Numbered from the stretch's first letter, positions 39,471 to 53,399 are shown. The stretch: DNA of 64,000 bases from Felis catus (GCF_018350175.1 NC_058368.1:40612001-40676000), one strand, 5' to 3'. The notes: generated by a model from the letters alone, not told the origin. Made by a program: numbers and translations.

Positions 39471-40215
39471 ACAAACACAACCTCAGAAGATGAAATGTGA
39501 GAAAACATAAATCTGTGCATTTACATTTTCCCTTATGAGTGAAAAACATCTCTTCAAAAGCAATCTAAGCTACCACACTTAGGGATAAACTAACTGTAGT
39601 TATATATATTTACTTTAGGGTCGGACTTCAGCAAATGTTATCTTCCAGAATACAAGCTAAAATTTGATTTCATATAATAGCCCTTTGCTTAATATTAATA
39701 ACTAAAACAAACTCAGACATTTTCAAATTTACAACTAATTCATGCATTTATTATTTATTGAACACCTAGTATTCCAAGGCCCAGAGTAAAACTTACATCA
39801 TGTTCTGAATATACTGATTTATTTATAATCCCAGGTCATGATACATTAGAAACAGCAACTGAGAAAAGGGAGTGTAATAGCAGAGTAACTAACACAGAAA
39901 TGATGGTTGAAATGAGGACAAAAAACAGAAAGAAAATTTTGAAACAAAATATATTTAAATATCACATAAATCAAATTGAGTTGATATATTCTGTATTATC
40001 TCTTTAAAAGAGGAAATATTTGCTTCCACTTTGTACAATGACTATATATACTTTGTATATGTATGTTATATAGCATATATATTGCATGTGTGTATAGACC
40101 TTTCTGTTTAAAAAAGTTTAATTTTGAAACATGTAGATATTCAATGCTGTAATCACATTTCCATGCCAAATGTCTTTTAAAATCCCTCCTTAACTGACAT
40201 TATGGTATTAGGATT

Positions 40216-41144
40216 TGTTCAGAAAACCTACACTTGTGCGTTTCTCCTTTACTCTCACACTAACTGCTACTATTCTTACAACACTTCTGACATGAGATGT
40301 GTGGCAGTTCTTCCCACACCAAGCAATTCTGTGATAAGCAGATAGATGTCTAATAATTGAACTCAATTCTGCCACTATCCACCCAGAGATAGCCTCAGGT
40401 ACCACAGTTAAGGGCTCAGTCCTACCAGCTGTACTTTCCTTTAGATGCCAATTTTAAGTCCCGTACTTCTCACTGATTGGCTGTAAACTGAAGGTTCCCA
40501 CACCCCCCTCCTTGAGTTCAGTTAATTTGCTAGAGTGGCTGACTTAAGCCAGGAAAACAGTTTACTTACTTTTTAACTGTTATTATAAAAGGATATGATG
40601 AAGGATACAGAAGAAATCCAGATCGAAGAGATGTGGAGGGCCAAGTATGTGGGAAAAAGCATGGAGTTCCCATACCCTCTCAAGCTGCCACTCTCCCTGA
40701 ACCTGCACATGTTCACCAAACCATATCTCCAAACCCCGTACATTTTTTTATTTCATTTTATTTTTTTATGGAGGCTTCATCACATGTTCATGATCAATCA
40801 TTGACTCCATTTCCATTCCCTCTCCCCTCTCTAGAGAATGGGAAATGGGGCTAAAATTTCAAACTTTTAATCATGGCTTGATCTTTTTGATAACCAGCCC
40901 TCATTCAAGAACCCACCAAGAGTCCACTCATTAGAACAGAAAACACTGCCATCACCCAAGAAACTCCAAGATATTTAGGACCTCTGTGTCAGGAGCCAGG
41001 GTCCCAGACCAAGTATCACAACAAAAGATGTTCCTTGTGCTTTTATCATTGATGAGATTACAAAGGTTTTAGGAGCTCTGTGCCAGGAGCCAGGGGCAGA
41101 AATCAGTATTTATATAGACATATGTTTCCTTCTATTATCTCACA
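40216..41144 (-). mobile_element. Solo LTR, MER21-like
   Basis: Minus strand starts TGTGAGATAA and contains repeated ccctggctcctg(g/a)cacagag(c/g)tcctaaa units, as in 8737-9583. Left boundary approximate. Confidence 0.75.
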
Positions 41145-42022
41145 AAATTATTAGAGAAAAATATAAAGGGGGTAAATGTGCAAATACAAATATGACAATT
41201 ATATAAAATATTTGGATTTTTTTTTCTTAAGTACCTTATATATTATTTGTGGTTTTCTGTTACATTCATATGCGTGAATCCTGTACAATATTTAAGCTTA
41301 AACCAACTTATATTTATTGGTAGGAGAATGTTCTTAGTTTCTCATTTTAAAATATCTTTAAACATGAATATTATTACTGACATTTTTCTGTACTTAAAAT
41401 ATATGGAGTAATGGTATGCATAGAATTATATAAAAGGAAGTTTATAACCAGCTTTTGTTATCTTTTTTGAAATGCAGTAAGATCCGTTGCTATTTTACTA
41501 TTTCTGTATTCATGATATCTTCAAGGGGACATAGTATTTATAGATTTTTAAATGTTATCAAACTGAGAATAGAGTTGTTTAAATCAGTTGAAATAAATTT
41601 ATAATATCTGAATATCATTACGTGAATGAAATAATGGCTTTAGCTAAGATGATTTTGCAGTAACCACCAATATTTCTTAGTGGGAAAAGCATGAAATAGA
41701 AATATTTATTGCTATGAAATCTTTGATTAATAATTCCCCACAGTAAAATACTTTACTTAACACCATTTTAATCTTTAATTGAGATATATCCCAGTAAACT
41801 TCCCCAGTTCTGAAATTAGAAGATTCGTTTTTACTTGTTGCATTACCATTAGCTTCCTTTCTCTACAAATTAGCAATCAGAAGGTTCTAATCAAGCAAAC
41901 TTTGTCCATTAAATAATGCAAATGAATACCAGATTTTATCATTTGAATTGTGTTTGGGTTAGATATAGCCATAAATACAGTCAGTTTTCAACTAACATTT
42001 TGGTTCCAGAGCCAAACCTCTT

Positions 42023-42025
<3 letters not shown>

Positions 42026-42075
<50 letters not shown>
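42026..42075. repeat. (AC)n microsatellite
   Basis: Perfect AC run. Confidence 0.97.
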
Positions 42076-42078
<3 letters not shown>

Positions 42079-43449
42079 TTCTTTTTCAATTTCTGAGGCT
42101 ATGTATTACTTGAGTTTAATATGTATATATATTACATAAAATATATGTGTGTGTAAATATAAAGAAAAAAGCAAATACATGATTTATGTTACCCTATTGG
42201 ATGTTAAGAAAAATAACCAACCTTTAGAAATGAATCAAAACATTGACAGCAATCCTTTCAATATCTTTGAGGCATTACAGGCCCACTGAAGGATCAACTC
42301 TGTCTCTAAGGGGCATGTAACTCTCACACCATTCAAAATTAAACAGGATTCAGATATTTTAGCATTTTACAGTTCTGGAAAGTTATATATAATGAGCAGC
42401 AGAGTGAAAAGATGAAAAGGATTTTTAGGCTTTTAAAGAGGTAACTAATTTCTGTCTGGAAGACCAGGCAATCCAAAAAGTGACGGTTGTATTCTATTAT
42501 AGGACATTAGCAAGATTATATCTAATTTAGCAATCTTAATTTAGCCTTTCTTTTGCATCCTTTTTTGAACCACATTATCATCCTGCCAGTCTCTTCATTA
42601 GTTAAAAAGAACTTCACCATGTACTCCTATGTATTTGAATGAGAATTATGTATTTAACATTTATAAAATTTTATTTTGATAGTTAGGAAAGGAACAGTTG
42701 ATCTTTCTTGAAACTCAGAAAGACACAAGCTTGAACCTTTGGTGCGGTTTAAGTCAACTCCCCAAATTTGACTAATGATGACAGTCACCTATAAAGCTTG
42801 ATAGAGCTAGGACTTTCAGTCCTAGATATTCAGAATTTCCAAGGAAGAGGCCTGCTAATCTGTGTCTTTAAAGAGCCCTGGGTGACTTTATCATTAACTA
42901 TCTATGCAGAATAAAGGTCTAGGATACTGGTTCTAAAAATGTTTGCAGTCCACAATTAGCCCAAGGTTTTAGAACTTTGGGACTCTTAATTATTTCTCCT
43001 GACAGCTTTACTTAGGAATCATTTATAACAATGAAAAGAGTAGATTTTGTTAAACTATAAATAGTAAAGCTGTCTGTTAGTAACAGTAACTTCAGACTAA
43101 TGTAACTTCTTAAATTTTTATAAGCTCAAAGGTTAAGTGCACATAACAGAATAATCTTTGCATGTTTTATATATTTTTCATATTGAAAGATTGTAAAATG
43201 GTACAGCAAAAGGCAAATGTTGTAACAGAATGTTACTTAATCAGATTCACTTTACCTGTTATGTACGAGGCTTACAAATTGAGAGATTATCACCAAGAAA
43301 ACAAACAAAAAACCAAAAAAACTTCTATACATTACACATATCTCAAAATAATATTGAGGTCATGATATAGTATAAACAATAGCAAACAAATACCGTGCTT
43401 ATAGCGTGCTAAGGTACTTAGCTTACCGTGCTTATAGAGTGCTAAGGTG

Positions 43450-43690
43450 TTCTAGGTACTTAACATATATTATTCTTATTTCTCACAACCACTCTACTAT
43501 GTTTTCTATACATATACTAATTCTTCTAAATATTACAAATTTTTAAGTTAAGGGTATTAGCTCTATTTACATATGAGAAAACCTCAATTCAAAGAGTTCA
43601 AATAACTTGTTTAATTCATATGGCGAAAAAATGAGGAGTAGGGGATCTTGACATTGATCTGTCTCCTGAGCGCATGCTTTCTCATACTTA
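43450..43690 (-). mobile_element. MIR remnant
   Basis: ttctcacaaccactcta...ctatttacatatgagaaaac...caaagagttcaaataacttg. Confidence 0.5.
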
Positions 43691-43907
43691 CTATTCAATT
43701 ATCTCAAAGTAATTCTTTGTTAGAATCTTAAAAGTGGGATTTCATGGACACAGAGTTCAATCATGTATCTGGGTCTTAAATAGTCACGAATAGATAACAT
43801 ACAAACTATACATAATAAATACTAAATTTCAATATAACCTTTTCTATTTTGGAACACCCCCTTTCAACTAACATGTAGGGAGATCTTTATATTGAATTAA
43901 TATAATT

Positions 43908-43944
43908 ATGTAATATATATATACATATATATATTGTATATATA

Positions 43945-43997
<53 letters not shown>

Positions 43998-44009
43998 TTT
44001 TTTTTTTTT
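43908..44009. repeat. (TA)n-rich microsatellite followed by polyT
   Basis: Direct observation. Confidence 0.93.
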
Positions 44010-44144
44010 CCAAGGATCTGGTCTGGCAGCATTTCAGCCTTACACCTCTCCTGGTCACTGTGCCAAATCCATTGAAATCATTCTTCATAAGGGAGTTTAA
44101 CTCTCTGAACTTTCTTTAAGCTCTCTTTTGAATATATTACATCT

Positions 44145-44356
44145 GGGGCACCTGGGTGGCTCAGTTGGTTAAGCCTCTTACTTCAGCTCAGGTCATGATC
44201 TTGTGGTCTCTGAGTTCAAGACCCTTGTTGGGCTAGGTGCTGACAGCTCAGAGCCTAGAGCCTGCTTAAGATTCTGTCTCCTTCGCTCTCTGCCCCTCCC
44301 CCACTCATGCTCCTTCTCTGTCTCTCCCTCTCTCGTGAATAAACATTAAAAAAAAG
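44145..44356 (+). mobile_element. CanSINE (SINEC_Fc-type)
   Basis: Typical body; TSD tttgaatatattac. Confidence 0.92.
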
Positions 44357-46030
44357 TCCTTTGAATATATTACCTCTTATATATTTTTATTATATTATAA
44401 ATATAATATATATTTATATATAATAAATATATATTTATTTATACATATAATATATATAAATATTATTATATATTTTTTATTATTGTAATGCTGAAGTTAA
44501 ACATCTTCTCCCTATTCCATATTATAAAATTTTTTCTCACATTTTTATTCTCTTAACTTTTTTTTTTTTATTTCATTGTCCTTATTAGCATTTTCTCTAC
44601 CTTCCTTTTTAGGACCATCTGTGAGTTTCCTGACTTTGCATTTATTCTCTTTTAACAACAATTAGGTTATTAAATAAGACTAAGACAGCACTAATCCTTG
44701 TTTTGTCCCCTGTAGGTTACTTCCAATTTTTTGCACTGTCTTATACTAACAAACATTGTTTGCAAGTTCTTAGAAAATTTGCAGTATGTATTCTGGGCTA
44801 AATTGCACAATTAGGTATGCTGTAAACACATCCTGTAATTAAAAAATATATAGCATAACTTTAAAGGTTCTTAGACAATTGTGTTTTCATCGGCTTGACA
44901 TATTTTTCTATCCTTGATTTGCTATCAGTTTCAGGTAAAGTGAGACATGCAAAATTAATTATTCTTAAAGACCTATTTTTTCCTAGTTCATATTATTTGT
45001 CTGAAAAATGATTTGAATTGTTAAATAATATATTAAACCCTGTATCATGAGCTGCTAATGGAATCGAATCACACACCACAATGCATTATATCAAGTAAAT
45101 AATTATTTTTTGCTGATTATTATGCAGGGGATGACAAAAATCACAGAGGCCACAAGGTTTCTGTGTAAGGTTTGGTAAAGAGTTTAAAATGTAGTCCTCA
45201 AAAGGGGTCTTCTGAGTTTTGTATTTTCTCCTGCATAATTGTAAGCTGTTTCCTCACCATCTCCCAAGGACATGGTAGGACATTTGAACAATATTTCTAG
45301 AATGAGAGAACTGTCTGGGACTTTAACATAATTGATCATTTCTCATTTACTTCAGTCACTTCAAAATTAATCCAATCGGTAAGATTTCTTTATTCCTGCC
45401 ACTGCTCTTTGTATTCTTCCAATGTGACATCTGGATTCTGGAGAAACTATGAACATTTTGTGCTGGACATCTAGTTCCCTTGTCATACCTTGGTTCTCAC
45501 ACACTTCCACTGTTGAATCTCATAGTTCAAGTTCTTTTGGTATCGGGCTCATTTTCCATTGTTTCCACTGTTGATTCATCTGTTGTTTTCTCAGACATTG
45601 CAACATGACTACTTAGGGTGGATTTTCTTTTAAGATTTAATGTCTCTGGTGCCCAGTCTTGGAGTAAAGTAAGTTCCTGAGAACTTACTTGTTTCTATTG
45701 TGCTAGCCTTCCAGTTGTGAAATCCAAAAGAGAATCTCTGGTTCTTATTGTGTTGACCATCAATAATTCCAATAGAATGCGCATATAAGCAGTATACAGT
45801 TTAATTTCATTAGCTGTGTTTTTAATAAAATATTTCTAAAGTTCAACTTGTAATTCATTATATTATAATAGAAATTAAATTAAGTTAATTCTACATGCTA
45901 TGAATAATGTGCTTTTGATATTTATTTTAGAAAACATATTTTCATTGTGTAAAAATTATATATACATTTCCATTCTAAAATAACATCATTGTTAAGAAAA
46001 CCAGCTGTCTGTCTCTTTTATTTGTTTTAC

Positions 46031-46039
46031 TATAATATA

Positions 46040-46073
<34 letters not shown>

Positions 46074-46075
46074 TT
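46031..46075. repeat. (TA)n + polyT
   Basis: Direct observation. Confidence 0.9.
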
Positions 46076-46171
46076 AATTAAAAAGGCAAAACCTCTCCAT
46101 TTCAAACAGCAATTGGCCTTTGGGATTCCAGGAACATACCGACCTCTTCAGTTTGTAAGTTAGCTGTGAAG

Positions 46172-46516
46172 TTACTGACAGTTAATTTTTTGTGTCAGTT
46201 TGGCTGGGCCACAGGGTGCCTGACATTTTGTCAAACATTGTTGTGGGTGTGTCTATAAGGGTGTTTCTGGATGAAATTAGCATTTGAATCTGTAGACCGA
46301 GGAAAGCAGATTGTCCTCCCCAATATGGGTGGGTCTCATCTGATCCTTTGAAGACCTAAATAGAATAAAAGACTAAGTAAGAAAGAATTTTCCCTCTCTG
46401 CCTGTCTTTAAGCTGAGACATTAGATACTAGATTAGATTAGATTTTAGATAAGATATTAGATATTAGATATTAGATCCTATTGGTTCTGTTTCTCTGGAG
46501 AGCTCAGACTAATATA
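46172..46516 (+). mobile_element. MLT2-type (ERVL) solo LTR, internally deleted
   Basis: gttaattttttgtgtcagtttggctgggccac...; ends cctattggttctgtttctctggagag...gactaata; middle replaced by a (TTAGA/TTAGATA)n repeat. Confidence 0.8.
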
Positions 46517-48057
46517 AGCTGTAGGAGAGATGTGTGCTATATTTCATATAATTTTATCTTGAACTCACAAGTGAAAGAAATGTAATTTTGGTCATTTTCA
46601 TCTCTATGGTGCAGTTTGTAGTGAACCAGTACTACTTACAATTTAAATATGTTTTCCCAATAGTCATTATTCAAGGGGTACAACATCAGATGGGCACATA
46701 GTGCAGCAAGGATGGACACAAACATTAAAGGAAAAACACCTAACTTTTCAGTGTTAAGGTAAATTTGAGGGATTCAGTATGCTTAGATACGGGTTGCTGA
46801 TCAAACACAATGTTAGTATTTAAGATAAAGTCAACATTGTATGTGTCCATTTATAAATATTAGTATATCATTCTGTATATAAAGGGCTATTGATTATGAA
46901 TTCATAATTTCCAGAGAAAATAAAAAAATAATTTGACAACAAACTTAATAATTTTTTTCATTTAATAATCATATTCATGATGAATACAGTCTATTTAAAT
47001 ATCATGACCACACTGCCAGCAAAGTGACTATTTCTTTTAACTTGACTAGAGAGATACATATTATCCATTAGCTATGTTACATGAAGAAGGTATATGCCAC
47101 TTATTCTACACATTGCTTTTCCTCCACTTTCTTAACTTAGTTATTTAGTAAACTATCACATAGATGTATTCATAACCTCAATGGATACAACACATATAAG
47201 TCTAGTTTAAAAAAACAAAAGTCAATATATGAGTTAACATTGTCAGGAACTTTCAGAAGTATATAATTTACATTTGAATTTCCTGCAAAATACACAAAAA
47301 TATTATTAATTAATATACTAAAACCCAATGCATTATCGAGAAAAGCAGTTGCATATCTTCATATTTAACCAAGAAAAAAATAATTGACTATTTAAAGTGC
47401 TTCTATGCTTTAAACTTCCAGGCTCAAGAAACCAATTGCAGTTACGTTACTATCTATTAGGTTAAAATGTTGAAAATTATTATAATTTCTTATTTTTGTA
47501 TCTGAAAGGGCATGCTTTTTCCATTATAAGAAATCTTAATGTATAGCTTTTATTAAAATCCTCACCATAATACATGTCATTTGCATATGATTTTTCACAA
47601 CATATTTAATGGTAGGATCTAGAAATAACTTCATTCTGTATATGAAAATTACATTAATTTCCAAATGTTACAGTTCAGCAAAGCATTAGCAAAGATGGTT
47701 AAATATATATCCAATTCTTAATTATTCACACTAATGGAGGGGAAAAAAGGTATATGTAGTATTAAAACAAAGGCAAATTCCTAACTCATTTTTAGCTTTG
47801 GATATAATTCATCATATCTATACCTCTCTGTAACAGATCACACTTCATATTTTTCCATGGCAGTCCTATACATCTTAGATTTAATATCAGGGAATCAGAA
47901 GATCTAACCAGAATCTTTTGAGATGTCAGAGTCCAAAGAATAAGTCAAAGTGGCATTTTACTAAATGTAAATTGATACTATATCAACAAAAACACATTAT
48001 TTAGAAGACTTAATATTTCTCATTTTAATAGGTAAGGAAAACACTCTGGCAGCATAT

Positions 48058-48990
48058 TTATATTCATTCATTTATCACATAGGTACTAGATATCCTAAGC
48101 GTTTTTCTATGTGCTGAGAATACAGTGTTGAAGTAAACATAGTTCCTGCTATTTAAGCATTACATTGTAATAGTGGAGATCAGACAATAAACACAAAATA
48201 GATATATACCAGTATGTATGTAGTAATAGGCTCAAACTGAAAACGATCCAGCTGTCCTTCAACTGGGGAACGGATGAGCAAAATGTGCTCTATTCACATA
48301 CTGGAATACCATTTGGCAACAAAAGGAACCATCGTACCTAGTACGATAAGGATAAGAGGTAAGAAAAATAATTAAGAGTAATGGTGTTGCTATTTTAGAG
48401 TTATCATAGTGATACAAGGAAGGAGATAGTTAGGGAAAGAATATTGAATACAGAGGCAGCCACAAATGCAAAGGCCCTGTGGTGAGCTTGTGCTTGCCAT
48501 GTTTGAGTCCGCACGATATTTGAAGATGAGTGAGGGGCGCCTGGGTGGCGCAGTCGGTTAAGCATCCGACTTCAGCCAGGTCACGATCTTGTGGTCCATG
48601 AGTTTGAGCCCGGCGTCGGGCTCTGGGCTGATGGCTCAGAGCCTGGAGCCTGTTTCCGATTCTGTGTCTCCCTCTCTCTCTGCCCCTCCCCCGTTCATGC
48701 TCTGTCTCTCTCTGTCCCAAAAATAAACGTTGAAAAAAAAAATTAAAAAAAAAAAAAAGATGAGTGAGGGAAGCAGATTGTGTAGGGCACTGTGGCATAG
48801 AGTTGTATTGGGAATTATATCAAAGGCAATTGGGAGATTCTGTTTAACACTGATATAGTCTGATTTATATCTTAATAGAATACCTCATGTGAATATTAAA
48901 CTGTAGACAAAAGAGGATGGATGTGTGGCAAACAATTAAGATGCTGTGAAAAGTAAGGTGGTGGTGGAAGTGGTGAGAAATATTGTACTG
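48058..48990 (-). mobile_element. L2 remnant (interrupted by insertions)
   Basis: tattcattcatttatc tail; caaatgcaaaggccctgtggtg motif. Confidence 0.55.
48534..48756 (+). mobile_element. Young CanSINE (SINEC_Fc)
   Basis: ggggcgcctgggtggcgcagtcggttaagc head, long A tail, TSD aagatgagtga at 48523-48533 / 48757-48767. Confidence 0.96.
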
Positions 48991-49117
48991 TAGACTTAGC
49001 AATAGTTTGTATTGTTCTTGTTTTTAGTATTATAAACTTATTTTTAGACCATTTTTCATTTACCACCTTCAGTGGCTATAATCTCACAACCATTTCTTTA
49101 AAAAAAAATGCATAAAC

Positions 49118-49342
49118 GGGCGCCTGGGTGACTCAGTTGGTTAAGAATCCGACTTTGGCTCAGGTCACGGTCTCACAGGTCGTGAGTTCGAGCCCCACGT
49201 TGGGCTCTGTGCTGACAGATTGGAGCCTGGAGCCTGCTTCAGATTCTATGTGTGTGTCTCTTTCTGCCCCTCCCCTGCTCGCTCTCTGCCTATCTGTCTC
49301 TCTCTTTCTCAAAAATAAATAGACATTAACAAAAAGAGTTCT
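49118..49342 (+). mobile_element. CanSINE (SINEC_Fc-type)
   Basis: Typical body and tail. Confidence 0.92.
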
Positions 49343-49937
49343 AAAAATTGCACGGACATTGGTCAGTGGATACTTGTTCAGCCTTTTAGAACTTTATTCA
49401 CTTCAGCATCCTCTCTCAACTCTACTAAAATTGCTCTTCTTGTGAACCCTAATAATTTTGTTAAACCCAACTCTAACCTGAACCTCTATAACTTTTTTCT
49501 TAATGTATTAAACCTCTAATTTTATTTTAACTTTCATATACTTGAATTTCTATATAGCTGTCTTTTAGAGAGCATGCAAATGGGTAAAATTTGGTTATGC
49601 AATCCAAATTCCCTTCCATAGTAAAAATATCATTTTCTTCATTGTACTGTGTCCTTAACATCTCACTGCCTTAGCCCATATGACCATTGGACCTTTAATA
49701 CTTTCTCACTCTTATTAAAAATTTCCAACCTCAAATCAAATGCCATTTAATCAGGAAAGCTCTCCTTGACCTGCTGGATCAGATCTCCTGCTATATGCTT
49801 TCAATTAACAATATTTGTCATACTTGTGATTTTCTACTTTTTCTGTGACTATTTGATTTAAATCTGTCTCCTTTCACCTTGTTTGCTTCTCAGGATTGTC
49901 TCTCTAGCACTGGACTTGCCCCAAAGAGGTAGTATGA

Positions 49938-50155
49938 ATTTTTTTTTTAATTCTTTTTTAACGTTTATTTATTTTTGAGACAGAGAGAGAGCATGAATGG
50001 GGGAGGGTCAGAGAGAAGGAGACACAGAATCTGAAACAGGCTCCAGGCTCTGAGCTTTCAGCACAGAGCCGACGCGGGGCTTGAACTCACAGACTGCGAG
50101 ATCATGACCTGAGCTGAAGTCAGCTGCTTAACCGACTGAGCCACCCAGGCGCCCC
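49938..50155 (-). mobile_element. CanSINE (SINEC_Fc-type)
   Basis: Typical body ending cccaggcgcccc on the plus strand. Confidence 0.93.
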
Positions 50156-50218
50156 GAAAATATTTTTTTTTAATAAAAGTTTGGAAAGTGGCACTGAACT
50201 CATCTTCATGTCCAATTC

Positions 50219-50808
50219 TGTGTTAGGGCTCTCCACCAAAACAGAGCCAATAGGATAGATAGATATAGGGATATGGATAGGAATACGGGTAGGGATAGGG
50301 ACAGAGACAGAGACAGAGATATAGAGATAGAGACAGACATAGAGATACAGATAAAAGAGGAGATTTATTATAGGAGTTGGCTCATGCAGTTATGGAAATC
50401 AAGAAATCCCACAGTCTGCTGTCTTAATAAGAGAACCTGGAAATCTAGTGGTTTAATTCTGTCGAAATCCAAAGCTGTGTGAACCAGGGGAACTGATAGT
50501 GTAAATACTGGAGTCTGAAGGCCCAAGGAATAGGAACTTTGATGTGTAAGGGCAATAAAAGATAGATATCCCAGCTCAGGAAGAGAGCAAGAATTGGCCT
50601 TTCCTCTGCCTTTTTGTTCTATTTGGGCTCTCCATGGATTGGATGATTCTGTCCACATTGGTGAAGGCTGATCTTTACTCATCCTACTGATTCAAGTGCT
50701 CATCTCTTCAGAAACAGTCTCACAGACACACTCAGATATTACATGTTTTACCAGCTCTCTGGGCATTCCTTGGCCTAGTGATGTTGACACTTAAAATTAA
50801 CCATCATA
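50219..50808 (-). mobile_element. MLT2-type (ERVL) solo LTR
   Basis: ttagggctctcc...acagagccaataggatagatag; ends gttgacacttaaaattaaccatca; internal (GAGACA/GAGATA)n. Confidence 0.85.
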
Positions 50809-51379
50809 GATACCATACTGAATTAGCAATTTTTATTTCTTTTAGCCAAATTATCATGTATATATTCTTTTATTGTTTTTGTTACTAAGAATTTGAAGGA
50901 CTATATTTTGAATTTATTTCTTCTAATGGTTCTTTTTGTGTATTAAAGAATTTTTTAACCTTTATTTCTGTCTCACTCTCTTTCCTTGTCTTGTTCTGTA
51001 ATCCCTCCAACCTAGCAAACTGAGATTTCTCCCATATTCCATTTCCCACTCCTTGTGACTGTCAATGTTGCTACTGTGATTGTTCTAGTATAATTTGGAA
51101 TTTACCAGTACTTCATTTTAAAGAGATTATTTTATTATAGGCTTTCTCTTGCAATAATAATTTAAGATATTTGCCTTGGTTTTTATTTATTTATAGACAC
51201 ATTTACAAGGCTTACTGCTAGCTCTTTTATATTGGAATTTCCTTATTTGTCACTTATGAGTTTCTTTTTCTCTTTTTCTGTTTTTTAAAAATTGTCTTGG
51301 TTTTCAAGGTATAGCATAGATTATGTTTATTGGTAGGTATTTAAATAATTTTTAAATGAAGCAACAATTTCTATTTTAA

Positions 51380-51465
51380 TAGGGCTGGCAGATAAAACAC
51401 AGGAAATCCAGTTAAATTCAATGTCAGATAAACAACAATTTTTTTTTTAATATAAATGTTTATAT
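51380..51465. mobile_element. hAT-Charlie MER33/MER3-like fragment
   Basis: agggctggcagataaaacacagga...ccagttaaatt...tcagataaacaac. Confidence 0.6.
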
Positions 51466-51694
51466 GTACTTATAACTCATACAAAGAAAACTAGTAAGTG
51501 GGTATAGTTTTCTCATATGATACTAACTGTAGCAATAAGCATTCTTGGCACAAAAATCATTTTTCGTAAAACTCTTGGCTATTACACTGAGGCATTTTGT
51601 GAAATTGCAAAGTATTTGGGCAGTCTTACTTTCTTCTTTTACTTAGAAACCTTATTTTTTGGACTTATATTCTTGTATAAGAATGTATATCTTT

Positions 51695-51917
51695 TTTTTT
51701 TATTTTTTTTTTCAACGTTTATTTATTTTTGGGACAGAGAGAGACAGAGCATGAACGGGAGAGGGGCAGAGAGAGAGAGGGAGACACAGCATCGGAAACA
51801 GGCTCCAGGCTCCGAGCCATCAGCCCAGAGCCTGACTCGGGGCTGGAACTCACGGACCGCGAGATCGTGACCTGGCTGAAGTCGGACGCTTAACCGACTG
51901 CGCCACCCAGGCGCCCC
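51695..51917 (-). mobile_element. Young CanSINE (SINEC_Fc)
   Basis: Perfect TSD aagaatgtatatcttt at 51679-51694 / 51918-51933; CpGs intact. Confidence 0.96.
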
Positions 51918-52197
51918 AAGAATGTATATCTTTATAAATTTAATATGTCGGTGATTTTAAAAATTATTGTTTTTTTAATTTTGGCATGTAGCTAATTAAT
52001 TCAACTTCAAAATTAGTTTTTTCAATGCAGAAGGCAATGCAACTTACACTTCTTTTGACCTTTTTGATGCCTGCTTCTGTTCAGAATTGTTTGGGCTCCA
52101 TTTATAATTTTTGGTACCAAGGGCTACATATTTTTCATCTTTCTGGTCATTTTATTATTTTCAAGTATATTTTTCTCTAAATTAGAGAAAACTTACC

Positions 52198-52441
52198 TTT
52201 TTAGAATTTTTTAATTAAAAAAAAAGTTGAATATTTATTTTTGAGAGAGAGAGAAAGAATGAGAGAGAGAGAGAGACAGGGCACAAGTTGGGAAGGGGCA
52301 GAGACAAAAGGAGACACAGAATACGAAGCAGGCTCCAGGCTCAGAGCTGTCAGCATAGAGCCTGATGCGGTGCTCAAACTCTTGAGATCATAACCTGAGC
52401 GGAAGTCTGATGCCTAACCAACTGAGCCTCCCAGGTGCCCC
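52198..52441 (-). mobile_element. CanSINE (SINEC_Fc-type)
   Basis: Typical body; flanks g(a/g)gaaaactt. Confidence 0.9.
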
Positions 52442-53399
52442 ATGGGAAAACTTTTCAAACTCATCCTGTATGTTACTCATTTAGATCCCAGAACAATAGC
52501 TATAAGATTGTTCTTTCCTATGTTGTTTCTAAATCTATTTTAAATTTGATGATTCCTTTACTTATTCTTATATTATTCCCTTTTTTCAGCCAAATCCTCT
52601 CAATGTCACTAATTTTTCTTACGTTATTTTCATACCTTGCTTAGTGAAATTAATGTACCTTTTAAAATTTTACTGAAAATACAGAGGGGATGCCATCTAA
52701 AACATATTCCTTCTTCCTAGAATAAATCTCTCTATCTCAAAACCATGTACTTTTATTTATTTATTTATTTATTTGCCTCTTCTTTTTTCTAATTTACAAA
52801 GTGAGTTCATGGCGGTCATTATTGTGGCTGGTCCATATTATTCATATTTGAATGGAGACAATTACATTATGGCATGGTATTTTTTTCTCAATAATTGTGC
52901 TGCCCCTTGAATGCTGTTAAAATTCTCCTCTTAACCTGCTCTACTGATTGATGTAAGGCTGTATTAAAAATATTGTGATCAGCATTTCGGGGCCATGCAT
53001 ATTATCAAGACAGTTATCTGCACTCTATCAATAAAATCAGCCATCAAGTCCGGTTCTAAAGTATGGTTTTGTGGTGTTGTTAGGGGTATTTCCACCTACT
53101 CTATCCATTTTGGATATAGGCTTTTTATATTCGATGATTTCAGAGGTACATTTGGTTTAGTCATACCTGAACTTAGGACTTTAAGTAATATTGCTTAGAC
53201 TGGCTCCCTCTCTTTATCTCTCTCTCTCTCTCTTTTTAAGACCCCTTGGTTCTGCTTTCCTTTATGTTGTGGCCACATTGTCTCCTATTCAATTAGAAAA
53301 TCTTTAACATGCCACAGTTGAGGGTTACTAGTAAACTCAGCAAAATAGAGGGCTTCTTTCTCCAAAAATTTATAAGTCAATTAAGAAAAGGAAACTAAA

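Noticed and set aside
44716..44814. Plus-strand acceptor/donor pair defining a 99-nt exon
   Set aside because: All three frames contain a stop, and there is no other support.
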